From Actinomycetes bacterium (GTDB lineage Bacteria; Actinomycetota; Acidimicrobiia; Acidimicrobiales; SZUA-35): a DNA stretch of 64,000 bases. The notes beneath the pieces were generated by a model. It searched no databases and was not told where the DNA came from. It saw only the letters and a program-made list of their open reading frames with translations. The position numbers and the translations under genes were made by a program. This document shows, piece by piece, positions 1-9,664 of the stretch. The DNA is taken from contig JAJRXF010000180.1 in assembly GCA_024276425.1 (NCBI GenBank), forward strand, positions 8,804-72,803, read 5' to 3'. The first letter of the stretch is position 1. Each line of letters opens with the position of its first letter.

Positions 1-414
1 CATGCCGAGAATCGATGCAGCAATAAGCTGATAAAACTCGCTGTCGTAATAGTCACCTTCGCTCATGTAGTTCGTCGATAGCAACGCGATCACGTAACCC
101 GTGAGAAGAAACAGGCCCTTCAGAACCAGCGAATAGCGATCCACAACATAGGCCCCGTCAAATAGGGACCGGGGCAACTCATCTTCCTGACTCCAAAGGG
201 TTAGGACAGGAATGAGGGCAGCCAGGAAGGCAAAGCTGGTCAGGGTTGGCATTAGCTTGCGTACCCGCTCCAGCCCGACAAGATCGATGATCGTGATCAA
301 AGCACCAGCCGCCAACAGCACCAACTCGGGCGCTACCGCATGCCAATCAATCGCAGGCCGATTGAATGGCTCCAGTGTCACTTGAGCCAGAAGGCTGGCG
401 GCGTAGGCAAACAT
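1..414 (-). CDS. nuoN: NADH-quinone oxidoreductase subunit N, cluster 2 (5' part; runs off the window)
   Basis: Not in the ORF track. Manual translation from ATG at 414 gives MFAYAASLLAQVTLEPFNRPAIDWHAVAPELVLLAAG...YVVDRYSLVLKGLFLL...SEFYQLIAASILGM, a typical NuoN N-terminus; directly follows nuoM. Confidence 0.9.
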   Translation of the reverse strand, partial: MFAYAASLLAQVTLEPFNRPAIDWHAVAPELVLLAAGALITIIDLVGLERVRKLMPTLTSFAFLAALIPVLTLWSQEDELPRSLFDGAYVVDRYSLVLKGLFLLTGYVIALLSTNYMSEGDYYDSEFYQLIAASILGM

Positions 415-420
415 TGGCGC

Positions 421-1974
421 CTACTTCCCGGCCGCAGCTAGGGCGTCAGTTAGAACCGTCACTGGCCCATCAGTCATGTCGAAGATGAGACCTGGAACGA
501 AACCAAGCAAGACAATCAAAGCCAACAATGGCACCCACGCAATCCATTCGGTAGGCACAACATCGGTGATGGCCGGATCATTCTCGAACTCTTCGCTAGG
601 CCGACCAAAGGCCGTCCTCTGAAGCAGCCAAAGAAGATAGCCAGCAGCCAAGACCGTCCCGATGGCCGCCACCACCATGTAGACCCGGAACAGTCCAACC
701 GAGATCCCTTCCTGGGGGCTGTACGCGGCCAGAATCGCCGGGAACTCGCCCCAGAAGCCAGCCAGACCAGGAAGGCCCAGGGATGCCATCGTGGCTAGAC
801 CCAAGATCCACCCCATCCGCGGAGCCGAGATCAACAGACCACCAAGGCGCTTGATCTCCAAGGTGTGATACCTCTCCTTAATCGAGCCAGCAACAAAGAA
901 CAACAGGCCGGTGATCAAGCCGTGAGCCACCATGCCAAAGATGGCCGCATTGAGACCGAAGTCGGTCATGGTTGCGATGCCGAGCATGACATAGCCCATG
1001 TGAGCCACCGAAGAGAAGGCGATAAGTCGCTTCATATCCGTTTGAGCCAAACAGCCAAGGGCACCATAAATGATGCCAATGACAGCCAACAAACCAATCC
1101 AGGGGGCCCATTTTATCGAAGCTTCGGGAAGGATCTGAATGGCAATCCGGATGAACCCGTAGGTGCCGAGCTTCAACAAGACTGCGGCCAGGATTACCGA
1201 GCCCTGGGTTGGAGCCTGGGTGTGGGCGTCGGGGAGCCAGGTGTGAAACGGAAACATCGGCACCTTGATACCAAAGCCCAAGAACATGCCAGCGAAGATC
1301 AGAACCTGAGTGCTGAGCTTGACGTCATTGGACTGGACGGCTTCGGCTAAGCCGACCATGTTGAAGGTGGTTCCGCCGGTGACCCAGTAGAGGGCCAGGA
1401 AGCTCACCAGCATGAGGGCAGACCCAAACAAGGTGAAGAGGAAAAACTTGATGGCGGCATAGAGCCGGTTCTCGCCGCCCCAGACGCCGATCATGAAGTA
1501 CATGGGGAGGAGAACGACCTCGAAGAAGACGAAGAACAACACCAAGTCTTGGGCCACAAAGCTGCCAAGCATGCCGGTGTGGAGCACCAGCGTCAGCATC
1601 AGGAATGCCTTGGTATTGCCGGGCTGAGGGATGTGATTCCAGCTGTAGACGATGACCAATGGGACGACCAGCAAGGTCAGGGCAATGAGCGGAACAGAAA
1701 TGCCATCAACGGCCACGGTGTAGCGGGCATTAATGATATTGATCCAGGGTCTGTCAATGAGATAGCTGAGCTCGCTCCATTTCGCCGACCCCAGTCGATA
1801 GAAATCGACCACCATCCAGCCACCAATAATTCCGGTGATGACCGTTGTGGCCAAGGCGATGGTTTTGTGGGCTTCTTCATTCTTGCCTGGGACCATCATC
1901 ATTATGGCCGCCCCAACCAGAGGCAGGAAGACCATGAGAGTGATGCCGTAGTCGGCGAGGAAGGACTGTTCCAT
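421..1974 (-). CDS. nuoM: NADH-quinone oxidoreductase subunit M, cluster 2
   Basis: Antiporter-like subunit motifs FFVFFEVVLLPMY, KVPMFPFHTWLPDAH, LLKLGTYG, GLPGLAGFWGEF; operon position. Confidence 0.97.
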   Translation of the reverse strand: MEQSFLADYGITLMVFLPLVGAAIMMMVPGKNEEAHKTIALATTVITGIIGGWMVVDFYRLGSAKWSELSYLIDRPWINIINARYTVAVDGISVPLIALTLLVVPLVIVYSWNHIPQPGNTKAFLMLTLVLHTGMLGSFVAQDLVLFFVFFEVVLLPMYFMIGVWGGENRLYAAIKFFLFTLFGSALMLVSFLALYWVTGGTTFNMVGLAEAVQSNDVKLSTQVLIFAGMFLGFGIKVPMFPFHTWLPDAHTQAPTQGSVILAAVLLKLGTYGFIRIAIQILPEASIKWAPWIGLLAVIGIIYGALGCLAQTDMKRLIAFSSVAHMGYVMLGIATMTDFGLNAAIFGMVAHGLITGLLFFVAGSIKERYHTLEIKRLGGLLISAPRMGWILGLATMASLGLPGLAGFWGEFPAILAAYSPQEGISVGLFRVYMVVAAIGTVLAAGYLLWLLQRTAFGRPSEEFENDPAITDVVPTEWIAWVPLLALIVLLGFVPGLIFDMTDGPVTVLTDALAAAGK

Positions 1975-1986
1975 TTGCTATTTCCC

Positions 1987-4245
1987 TTACACAGCGACGA
2001 TGAAGACGGCGGCCAGCAAGGCGGCCGCTGCAAACATCAGGGTTGCGTACTGTCGGATCTTTCCGGACTGCACCTTGCGGAGGACTTCACCGGAGCTTTC
2101 TGCTCCGAATCCTGAAGCGTTGACTGCACCATCAATTGCGCCTTGGTCAATGAAGCGATAAACGAACCGACCAATAATGGTCGACCCGGTTCCGGCCGCA
2201 TTGATGATGCCATCCAAGACGTTCTGGTTGAACCAATAGGCGGCTCGAGCCACCGGCCCCTTCGTTCCACCGGCAATCACGCCAGTATAAAGGTGGTCCA
2301 GATAATACTTCTCAACCAGCAACTTGTGACCAGCTCGGGCCAGCCTGTTCTTGTCCCGGAGGCCTCCGGTTACCTCGGTGGCCAGCTTGTCCTTTGCGTA
2401 CAGCTTGGAGTAGTACGTCCAGACCAGCAGCCCCGTCGCCAAACCAATAATGGTTGCCAACAAGGCCAGGGCCACGCTGGGCTTAGCATGCCCAATCGTT
2501 GGGAAGGAACTGATACCGGACGGTTCGACCCAGCGAATGAACTTCTCCCCAATCCGGCTTCCCAGGACTGGGAATCCCTCAGGAATGTTGAATAGGCCAG
2601 CGAACACTGCTCCAAAGGCCAGAATGATCAAGGGGGTAGTAATCAGTGGGCCGGACTCGTGTGGCGTCTCGTGACCCCGGTACTCTCCAAAGAACGTCAG
2701 CCAGATAACTCGGACCATGTACCCAGCCGTCATTCCTGCTGCGATCATGCCGAAAATGAACGGAACCCAATAGGTTCCGTTACCACCGGTTCCGGGGAAC
2801 GCACCGGCTCCAACCAAGATCTCGTCCTTGGACCAGAATCCAGCCAGGGGTGGGATGCCAGCCAGTGCTCCGGATGCAATGACGAAGGTCCAGAACGTCT
2901 TGGGCATGAACTTGCGTAGACCCCCCATGTCCTTCTTCATATCAAAGCTGTGATGGCAGGCGTGGCTGACCGAGCCAGCGCCAAGGAACAGGGCCGCTTT
3001 GAAGATGGCGTGGGTGAACAAGTGGAAGAAGGCCGCGGTATAGGCGCCGACACCAAGGGCTAGCACCATGTAGCCGAGCTGTGAGACCGTTGAGTAGGCC
3101 AGGACCTTCTTAATGTCGTCTTGAACAAAGGCCAAGGCGCCTGCCCCCACAGTGGTGATACCGCCGATGAGGGCCATGGCATTGAGGGTCCCTCCCGAGA
3201 TGCCAAAGCCGATGAAGAAGACGGCATAAAGGCGACCGATGAGGTAGATACCAGCGACGACCATGGTGGCGGCGTGGATCAGAGCAGACACTGGTGTTGG
3301 TCCAGCCATGGCGTCAGGCAGCCAAGTGTGAAGGATGAACTGCCCCGACTTGGACATGACAGCGGCCATCAAGAAGAGACCAGCTACGAGAAGGGTGTTC
3401 TTGGAGATGGCACCGGAGATAGCAGCTTCATTGATGGCGACAATGTCAAAGGTCTTACCGGCCCCAAAATAGAGGATGATCATGCCGACCAACAGACCAA
3501 TGTCACCGACACGGTTGGTCAAGAAGGCCTTGAGTGCGGCATCGGAGTTTGGTTTTTCCTCCCACCAATGCCCAATTAGGGCAAAGGAGCAGACTCCAAC
3601 CAGTTCCCACCCGACGATCAACTGGAGCGTGCTGGAGGACAACACCATAAACAACATGGAGGCCGTGAACAGCGACAAGAATGCAAAGTAGTGGGTGTAG
3701 CGGCGATCCCCAGCCACATAGTCAGTGGAATAGACGTGGACCAGTCCGGATATGAACGTCACAACCACCAAGAGCAGCACGGACTGACCATCAACCAGGG
3801 TGCCAACGGTGATATCAGAGCCACCCTCCGAAGCCGGCCCGCCATTTTGGAACCAGGTGACGTCATTGACGACGGGGCAGGGACTGAACCTTTGCTCACC
3901 GTGGCCACTCTCGCCACCGCCCTCTCCCTCACCTTCGCCCTCAGCCGCAGCCTCAGTGTCGTGATTGCTCCCACCAACGGCTACTTCACCTCCGGCGCAG
4001 GAAATCGGACCAGCCTGAGCCTCGTTGACGTCCCCGTTGTAGCCGATCCAGGAAAAGGCGATGACGAGCGCAAACAAGAAGGAGCCAACGACCGCTGGCA
4101 CACCAACCAGGTGCGGCTTGATGCTCAATCGTTTGGAGAAAAACAGAATGAAGAGAAAGGAGGCGGCCATGACAGCCGGAATAAGCCAGACATAGTTAAA
4201 GACCGTGGGCACAGCGACGGCTTCGGCAGCAAGAAGAAGGTTCAC
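1987..4245 (-). CDS. nuoL: NADH-quinone oxidoreductase subunit L, cluster 2
   Basis: GWELVGVCSF, AFLTNRVGD, KSGQFILHTWLPDAMAGPTPVSALIHAATMV, GFWSKDEIL. Confidence 0.97.
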   Translation of the reverse strand: MNLLLAAEAVAVPTVFNYVWLIPAVMAASFLFILFFSKRLSIKPHLVGVPAVVGSFLFALVIAFSWIGYNGDVNEAQAGPISCAGGEVAVGGSNHDTEAAAEGEGEGEGGGESGHGEQRFSPCPVVNDVTWFQNGGPASEGGSDITVGTLVDGQSVLLLVVVTFISGLVHVYSTDYVAGDRRYTHYFAFLSLFTASMLFMVLSSSTLQLIVGWELVGVCSFALIGHWWEEKPNSDAALKAFLTNRVGDIGLLVGMIILYFGAGKTFDIVAINEAAISGAISKNTLLVAGLFLMAAVMSKSGQFILHTWLPDAMAGPTPVSALIHAATMVVAGIYLIGRLYAVFFIGFGISGGTLNAMALIGGITTVGAGALAFVQDDIKKVLAYSTVSQLGYMVLALGVGAYTAAFFHLFTHAIFKAALFLGAGSVSHACHHSFDMKKDMGGLRKFMPKTFWTFVIASGALAGIPPLAGFWSKDEILVGAGAFPGTGGNGTYWVPFIFGMIAAGMTAGYMVRVIWLTFFGEYRGHETPHESGPLITTPLIILAFGAVFAGLFNIPEGFPVLGSRIGEKFIRWVEPSGISSFPTIGHAKPSVALALLATIIGLATGLLVWTYYSKLYAKDKLATEVTGGLRDKNRLARAGHKLLVEKYYLDHLYTGVIAGGTKGPVARAAYWFNQNVLDGIINAAGTGSTIIGRFVYRFIDQGAIDGAVNASGFGAESSGEVLRKVQSGKIRQYATLMFAAAALLAAVFIVAV

Positions 4246-4257
4246 AGAGGCTCCCGA

Positions 4258-4557
4258 TCAACCCTTGAGTAGGTCGGCTTCAGCGACATTGATACTGCGG
4301 CGATTGCGAAAAATCAGAAGCACGATGGCCAACCCCACTCCGACCTCTGCCGCAGCCACTGCGATGACGAACAAGACGAACACCTGACCAGAGATGTCCT
4401 GGTGAAGAGCCCCGAATGCCACCAGGTTGATGTTGACCGCATTGAGGATGAGTTCGATCGACATCAAAACTAAGACACCGTTCTTGCGAGTAAGAACGCC
4501 ATAGACCCCGATGCTGAACAAGATGGCGGCGAAGAAGAGGAACTGATTGAGGAACAT
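4258..4557 (-). CDS. nuoK: NADH-quinone oxidoreductase subunit K, cluster 2
   Basis: 99 aa, three TM segments, MSIELILNAVN and AAAEVGVGLA. Confidence 0.97.
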   Translation of the reverse strand: MFLNQFLFFAAILFSIGVYGVLTRKNGVLVLMSIELILNAVNINLVAFGALHQDISGQVFVLFVIAVAAAEVGVGLAIVLLIFRNRRSINVAEADLLKG

Positions 4558-4560
4558 CGG

Positions 4561-5118
4561 CTAATCCCTTCTGGCCACGACGACGGCCCCAATCAGGGCG
4601 GCGAGCAGGAGCATGGACAATGCCTCAAAGGGCACGATGTATTGGCTGAAGATCGAATTCGCCACCTGGCCAGTTCGCTGTACTGCCATATCGGCCGGGA
4701 GTTCGTCAGTCCCAAAGGCCTCCCACAACGAGTAGCCCATGACGGCAAACATGGAGACCGCGCTCAACCCGCCGATCCACTTCGAGTCATAGTCAAGATC
4801 GCCGTCATCACCAATCTTGGCCCGAGTCAACATGACACCAAACAGCAGGAGCACCATGACCGCTCCGATGTAAACCATGACCTGAGTAGCGGCAGCAAAC
4901 TCGGCCCCAAGCACGATGTAGGTGGCAGCCACCACCGTAAGCACCACTAGCAGATAGAGGGCGGCGTGAACCACGTTCTTGGTGGTCACCATCTTGAGAG
5001 CAGCCACTATTCCAACAGCAGCAATGACATAGAAGAACGTATTGATAACCCACAATTCGTTTGGGGTCAGAGCAATCGGATTGGTCGACTGAATGGCCAG
5101 CAGGGCAGAGGACATCAT
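4561..5118 (-). CDS. nuoJ: NADH-quinone oxidoreductase subunit J, cluster 2
   Basis: NVVHAAL, QVMVYIGAVMVLLLFGVML, PFEALSMLLLAALIGAV. Confidence 0.95.
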   Translation of the reverse strand: MMSSALLAIQSTNPIALTPNELWVINTFFYVIAAVGIVAALKMVTTKNVVHAALYLLVVLTVVAATYIVLGAEFAAATQVMVYIGAVMVLLLFGVMLTRAKIGDDGDLDYDSKWIGGLSAVSMFAVMGYSLWEAFGTDELPADMAVQRTGQVANSIFSQYIVPFEALSMLLLAALIGAVVVARRD

Positions 5119-5618
5119 GGGCGCGGCACCTTCTTTACCTTTGCTGCGGACCCGGCCTCATAGGACTCATACTCTGGCACCGTCTCCATCCACTGACTCA
5201 ACCGAGTCTTATCGTGGAGCAGGTCGGCGATCCGTGGTTCGGAGTACTCATACTCTGGGCTCCAGAAGATGGCGTCGAAGGGGCAAACCTCGACACAAAT
5301 CCCACAGTACATGCACAAGCCGTAATCGATATCGAACCGGTCAAGGGCGTTCACCGTCCGTGGCTTGCCCCCGGTTCGGCGGGGCGGAGCCAACGTCTTA
5401 TGACCCTCGATGAAAATGCACCAATCGGGACACTCCCGAACACAAAGCATGCAGGCCGTGCAGTTTTCTTGGTGGAGGGCAATGACACCCCGAGCCCGAG
5501 GTGGTGGGTCTTCCTTCTCGTGGGGGTACTGAACCGTTTCCGCACCGGTGGTCACAGTCTTGATGATTTCCTTAAAGGTGACACCAAGGCCGGTAATCAA
5601 GCCTGGAACTAGACCCAT
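5115..5618 (-). CDS. nuoI: NADH-quinone oxidoreductase subunit I, cluster 2
   Basis: Two CxxCxxCxxxCP motifs (CTACMLCVRECP, CMYCGICVEVCP); start trimmed to ATG 5618 behind AGGAGG. Confidence 0.95.
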   Translation of the reverse strand: MGLVPGLITGLGVTFKEIIKTVTTGAETVQYPHEKEDPPPRARGVIALHQENCTACMLCVRECPDWCIFIEGHKTLAPPRRTGGKPRTVNALDRFDIDYGLCMYCGICVEVCPFDAIFWSPEYEYSEPRIADLLHDKTRLSQWMETVPEYESYEAGSAAKVKKVPRP

Positions 5619-5658
5619 GAGAGTCCTCCTGTGCTCGGAACTACCCTCGTCACACCCA

Positions 5659-6723
5659 TCACAGCCATACCTTGAAAGCACCGGTAACGGCGATGTTGAG
5701 CAGCGAAAGCGGAATCAGGAATTTCCAGGCGAACTTTTGCAACTGATCTTCCCGAAAGCGAGGGAAAGTGAAGCGAACCCAATAGACAACAAAGGTCAAG
5801 AGCAACATCTTGGCCAGCATGACTCCGGGACCAATAAGGTTGAAATACTGCCAGTTGGCGTCCACCCCGAGCAGATCATGGACGAAGGGTGGGACCTGCC
5901 ACCCACCAAGAAACAAGGTGGCACCAAGGAAGGCGAAAATGTTCGCTGTGGCGAACTCGCCGATGAAGAACATCAGGAACCGAAACCCGGAGTACTCCGT
6001 CATGTAACCCGAGACCAGTTCGGACTCGGCAATGGGCATATCGAATGGAACCTGGGTCAACTCGGCCTGAACGGCAACCAGAAAGATGAAGAAGCCGATG
6101 AACTGGGTGAAGAAGTAGGGGTTGCCAAGCCCACCGAAGCCGAAGATCTCCCCTTCGGTTTGGGCGGTAACGATGCCTTGCAGGTTGAGGGTGCCCGCCT
6201 GGATGACAACACCAACAACGGCCAGGATGAGGGGTAACTCATAGGCAATCAACTGACCAGCCGCTCGCAAGCCACCCAACAAGGAGTATTTCGAGGCCGA
6301 AGCCCAGCCAGCCATGATCACGCCAACAACCGAAACCGATGACACAGCGAGAGCAAAGAACACGCCCGTGTCGAGATTGATGAAGGTCGCTTGGGGCCCG
6401 AAAGGGATGACAACGGCCAACAAGAAGGTGCTAAGCAAGACAACATAGGGAGCTAGCGCAAAGACCCTCCGGTCGGCCTTGGCCGGAAAAATATCTTCCT
6501 TTTGAAGGTTCTTACCGACCTCGGCCAGAAGTTGCATCGAACCATACGGACCGGCCTCCATCGGGCCAAGGCGACTCTGCATGAACGAAACCATCTTGAA
6601 CAGGTAGAGGTACACGGTCACACCGGCAGGCAGTAGCACCACCACAATGGCAAAAATTAGGCGGACAACTGTGTCAGCCCACCACGGCCAATCCAGCCAG
6701 AACCACTCAACGGCGAGCATCAT
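5659..6723 (-). CDS. nuoH: NADH-quinone oxidoreductase subunit H, cluster 2
   Basis: MQSRLGP, PFDMPIAESELVSGYMTEYSG, PRFREDQL; start trimmed to the ATG overlapping the nuoD stop. Confidence 0.95.
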   Translation of the reverse strand: MMLAVEWFWLDWPWWADTVVRLIFAIVVVLLPAGVTVYLYLFKMVSFMQSRLGPMEAGPYGSMQLLAEVGKNLQKEDIFPAKADRRVFALAPYVVLLSTFLLAVVIPFGPQATFINLDTGVFFALAVSSVSVVGVIMAGWASASKYSLLGGLRAAGQLIAYELPLILAVVGVVIQAGTLNLQGIVTAQTEGEIFGFGGLGNPYFFTQFIGFFIFLVAVQAELTQVPFDMPIAESELVSGYMTEYSGFRFLMFFIGEFATANIFAFLGATLFLGGWQVPPFVHDLLGVDANWQYFNLIGPGVMLAKMLLLTFVVYWVRFTFPRFREDQLQKFAWKFLIPLSLLNIAVTGAFKVWL

Positions 6724-7892
6724 CGGTCGATGTCTCCCAGGATGAAATAAAGCGAGGCAAGGATAGTGATCACGTCCGGTACGTAGGCCCCCTTGAGCAG
6801 CCATGGCGAGATGGACATGTTCGAGAAGCTGGCGGAACGAATCTTAACCCGGAACGGCTCAAGGCCACCCTGACTGACAACGTAATAACCCATCACCCCC
6901 AGTGGATTTTCGGTTTCGACGAAGGCTTCGCCCTCGGGAACCTTGATGATCCTCGGGACTTTGGCCATGATCGGGCCAGCGGGGATGGAATCCAAGAGCT
7001 GTTCAACAATCTTGCAGCTCTCCCGGGTTTCCTGCAGACGGACCCAATAGCGGGCGAAAGAGTCGCCATCGGGGTGAGTCCAGACCCGCCAGTCAACCTG
7101 GTCATAGGCCAGGCCAGCGGGGCTGTCTCGACGGAGATCCCAATCGACCCCTGAGGCCCGTAGGTTTGGTCCGCTCAGGCCATAGCTCAGAGCAACGTCG
7201 GGCGGAATGACTCCGATATTGCGCGTCCTTGCTTGGAAGATTTCGTTGCCGATGATCAGATCGTCCATCTGGTCACAGAACTTGTGAATCTCACGAAGGG
7301 AACGCTTTGTCTCTTCGATCCAGCCAGCGGGGAGATCGTCCTTCAGCCCACCGATACGATCGAAGTTCGGGTGAAAACGACCGCCGGTGGCCGATTCGAT
7401 CTGGTTCAGGATGTGCTCGCGGTCACGGAACGCATAGAAGATCGGGGTAACCGCGCCCAACTGCACCCCCATGTCGCCCAGGAAAAGCGTGATGTTGGCG
7501 ATCCGGGCCATTTCAAACAAAATGGTGCGAATGTGTTGGGCCCGGGGAGGAGCCTCAATGCCCATGAGTTGCTCACAGGCAAGAATAAACGGGACCTCAT
7601 TGGCAAAGCTCCCCAGCCAGTCGATCCGATTAATCAGGGCCGTGACCTGAGGGTAGGTGCGAACCTCGGCCAGTTTCTCATAGCCGCGGTGCATATAGCC
7701 CATGACTGGATTGGCTTCGACGACCTGCTCACCATCAAGCCGAGCAACGATTCTCAGCGTGCCGTGAGTGGCCGGGTGCTGAGGCCCAATGTTTAGCGTC
7801 ATTCCCTCGGCCTCAAGCTCGACGTTCACCCGAGCGTCCGCTGCTTGGGCCGCTATGTAGGCAAGTTGTCTGCGATCGCTAATGGCGGTCAT
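6720..7892 (-). CDS. nuoD: NADH-quinone oxidoreductase subunit D, cluster 2
   Basis: LNIGPQHPATHGTLR, GYMHRGYEKL, C-terminal GDIDR; no NiFe-binding CxxC motifs. Confidence 0.95.
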   Translation of the reverse strand: MTAISDRRQLAYIAAQAADARVNVELEAEGMTLNIGPQHPATHGTLRIVARLDGEQVVEANPVMGYMHRGYEKLAEVRTYPQVTALINRIDWLGSFANEVPFILACEQLMGIEAPPRAQHIRTILFEMARIANITLFLGDMGVQLGAVTPIFYAFRDREHILNQIESATGGRFHPNFDRIGGLKDDLPAGWIEETKRSLREIHKFCDQMDDLIIGNEIFQARTRNIGVIPPDVALSYGLSGPNLRASGVDWDLRRDSPAGLAYDQVDWRVWTHPDGDSFARYWVRLQETRESCKIVEQLLDSIPAGPIMAKVPRIIKVPEGEAFVETENPLGVMGYYVVSQGGLEPFRVKIRSASFSNMSISPWLLKGAYVPDVITILASLYFILGDIDR

Positions 7893-8623
7893 GAGGGTAC
7901 GTCTTGTGGATTCTCAGTGGAGGCGGATGGTGAAAGTTTGGGCTCAGCCGTCGGTGGCTCTACAGCTTCAGGCATTGGTTCAACGTCAACGATGCCAGGC
8001 CAAGGTTTTACTATGCGAGACAACAGTGGAAAATCCTTCCGGAGAGGATGTCCCTCAAAAGCGCTAGGGAGGTACAGGGCGGTGAGACCAGGGTGTCCGG
8101 CGAAGTGAACTCCAAACATTTCGGCCGCTTCTCGCTCGTGCCAGTTGGCTCCGGGATACTCCTTGACCCAAGTGCCAACGCTCAGGGTGTCCTCGGGGAA
8201 GTCGGCCTTGACCGTTAGTCCCAGATTGGTGGTCAGACTATGGACCCGAGCGAGAACCTGGAAGCGAGTTGAGCCCCCGCCATAACCTGTCCCCAGCGTT
8301 TGGTCTGCTTCTTCGATTGACTCCCCGGCTGCTTGAGCCAGTGACACCTCGACCGCTGAATCATTCGAGCGGCCATAGGGGGAAGGCAACCAGTCGATCA
8401 CGGACAAGAAGTTGAAGAACCGGAACTGCTGATGGTTTTGTAGGTACTCAGCGGTGGCCCCCCACGATTCGCTGCTAACCCGGATCCACAGATCTTTTCC
8501 TGGCAGAAGATGCGATCCGACTAAGTCGTGGCCAAGATCAGCCGCAATCGCCTCAAGAAGGGCAGACCTGGCCTCATCGACCACAGGCTCCTCCGTGGTC
8601 GTCTCATCTGAGGAGTCGGCCAT
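7889..8623 (-). CDS. nuoC: NADH-quinone oxidoreductase subunit C, cluster 2
   Basis: ANWHEREAAEMFGVHFAGHP, GHPLRKDFPL. Confidence 0.95.
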   Translation of the reverse strand: MADSSDETTTEEPVVDEARSALLEAIAADLGHDLVGSHLLPGKDLWIRVSSESWGATAEYLQNHQQFRFFNFLSVIDWLPSPYGRSNDSAVEVSLAQAAGESIEEADQTLGTGYGGGSTRFQVLARVHSLTTNLGLTVKADFPEDTLSVGTWVKEYPGANWHEREAAEMFGVHFAGHPGLTALYLPSAFEGHPLRKDFPLLSRIVKPWPGIVDVEPMPEAVEPPTAEPKLSPSASTENPQDVPS

Positions 8624-9132
8624 TAGTCGACCACCCCAACCGCGAGGGGATCACGTTTCCACTTCTGGGCCATGTCCTCATTCTGGATGATCTCTTGAAG
8701 AAGCACGATTCCCTCGAGCAGCGCCTCAGGCCTGGGTGGACAGCCAGGAACATACACGTCGACGGGAATGATCTGGTCAACCCCCTTAGTCACCGAGTAA
8801 CTATCCCAATATGGCCCACCGCAGTTGGCGCATGAACCCATAGAGATTACGTATTTTGGTTCGGGCATCTGCTCGTACAAACGGCGGATGGCTGGGGCCA
8901 TCTTGTCAGTAACAGTTCCCGAGATGACAACAAGGTCGGCCTGGCGTGGACTGGCCGGGAGGGGGATGACGCCGAGCCGCATGACGTCGTAGCGAGGCGA
9001 GCCAAAAGCAGCACCCATCTCGATGGCACAGCAAGCAAGACCCCACTGGTACACCCAGAGTGAGTATTTGCGACTGGTATTCAGGATTGCTGTCAGGGGC
9101 TTGGGAAGCTTGCCTGATTCGACCAGACCCAT
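8623..9132 (-). CDS. nuoB: NADH-quinone oxidoreductase subunit B, cluster 2
   Basis: [29 protein letters not shown] (cluster N2 ligands). Confidence 0.97.
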   Translation of the reverse strand: MGLVESGKLPKPLTAILNTSRKYSLWVYQWGLACCAIEMGAAFGSPRYDVMRLGVIPLPASPRQADLVVISGTVTDKMAPAIRRLYEQMPEPKYVISMGSCANCGGPYWDSYSVTKGVDQIIPVDVYVPGCPPRPEALLEGIVLLQEIIQNEDMAQKWKRDPLAVGVVD

Positions 9133-9244
9133 CGGGGCGCCTCTCTACCTACGATCTCGGAACGGAATACAACACCGAACCAATGATTGACCTTGCTTCG
9201 GAACTGCGAAATAAACGGGGTGAAACGAACGGCGAACGTGCTGC

Positions 9245-9664
9245 CTATACCCAGCGGAGTACACCCTTGCGCCAGGCGTACGCCAGACCAAGGGCAAGAA
9301 TAAAAATGAAGATGACCATCTCCACCAAACCAAAGACACCGAACTGCTCAAGTCCGACAGCCCACGGGAAGATGAAAACTGCTTCAACATCAAACATGAC
9401 AAATAGCAGAGCAAAAATGTAGTAGCGGATCTGGCTTTGGGACCAGCCATCCCCGACGGGGTCAACGCCGCTTTCATAGTTCTCGATCTTGGCTGCAGTT
9501 GGGCGATCTGGTCGGAAAACACGAGCCAGCCCAATGAAGGTAGCGACGGTAGCGAATGCGAGCACACCAAAGAGACCAACTATGAGATACTCACGAAGAA
9601 AGTTCGAGTAGTCAGACACGGCACGAGATGCTATCTCGCCCAGAGCCCCCGAACCAAGGTTCAT
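9245..9664 (-). CDS. nuoA: NADH-quinone oxidoreductase subunit A, cluster 2
   Basis: YESGVDP, YYIFALLFVMFDVEAVFIFPWA, YAWRKGVLRW; ATG 9664 overlaps the glgB stop (alternative GTG start at 9619). Confidence 0.93.
   Translation of the reverse strand: MNLGSGALGEIASRAVSDYSNFLREYLIVGLFGVLAFATVATFIGLARVFRPDRPTAAKIENYESGVDPVGDGWSQSQIRYYIFALLFVMFDVEAVFIFPWAVGLEQFGVFGLVEMVIFIFILALGLAYAWRKGVLRWV

Noticed and set aside
6720-9132. Cluster 2 as a group 4 [NiFe]-hydrogenase
   Set aside because: The large subunit has no CxxC Ni-binding motifs and NuoB has the tandem CC typical of complex I
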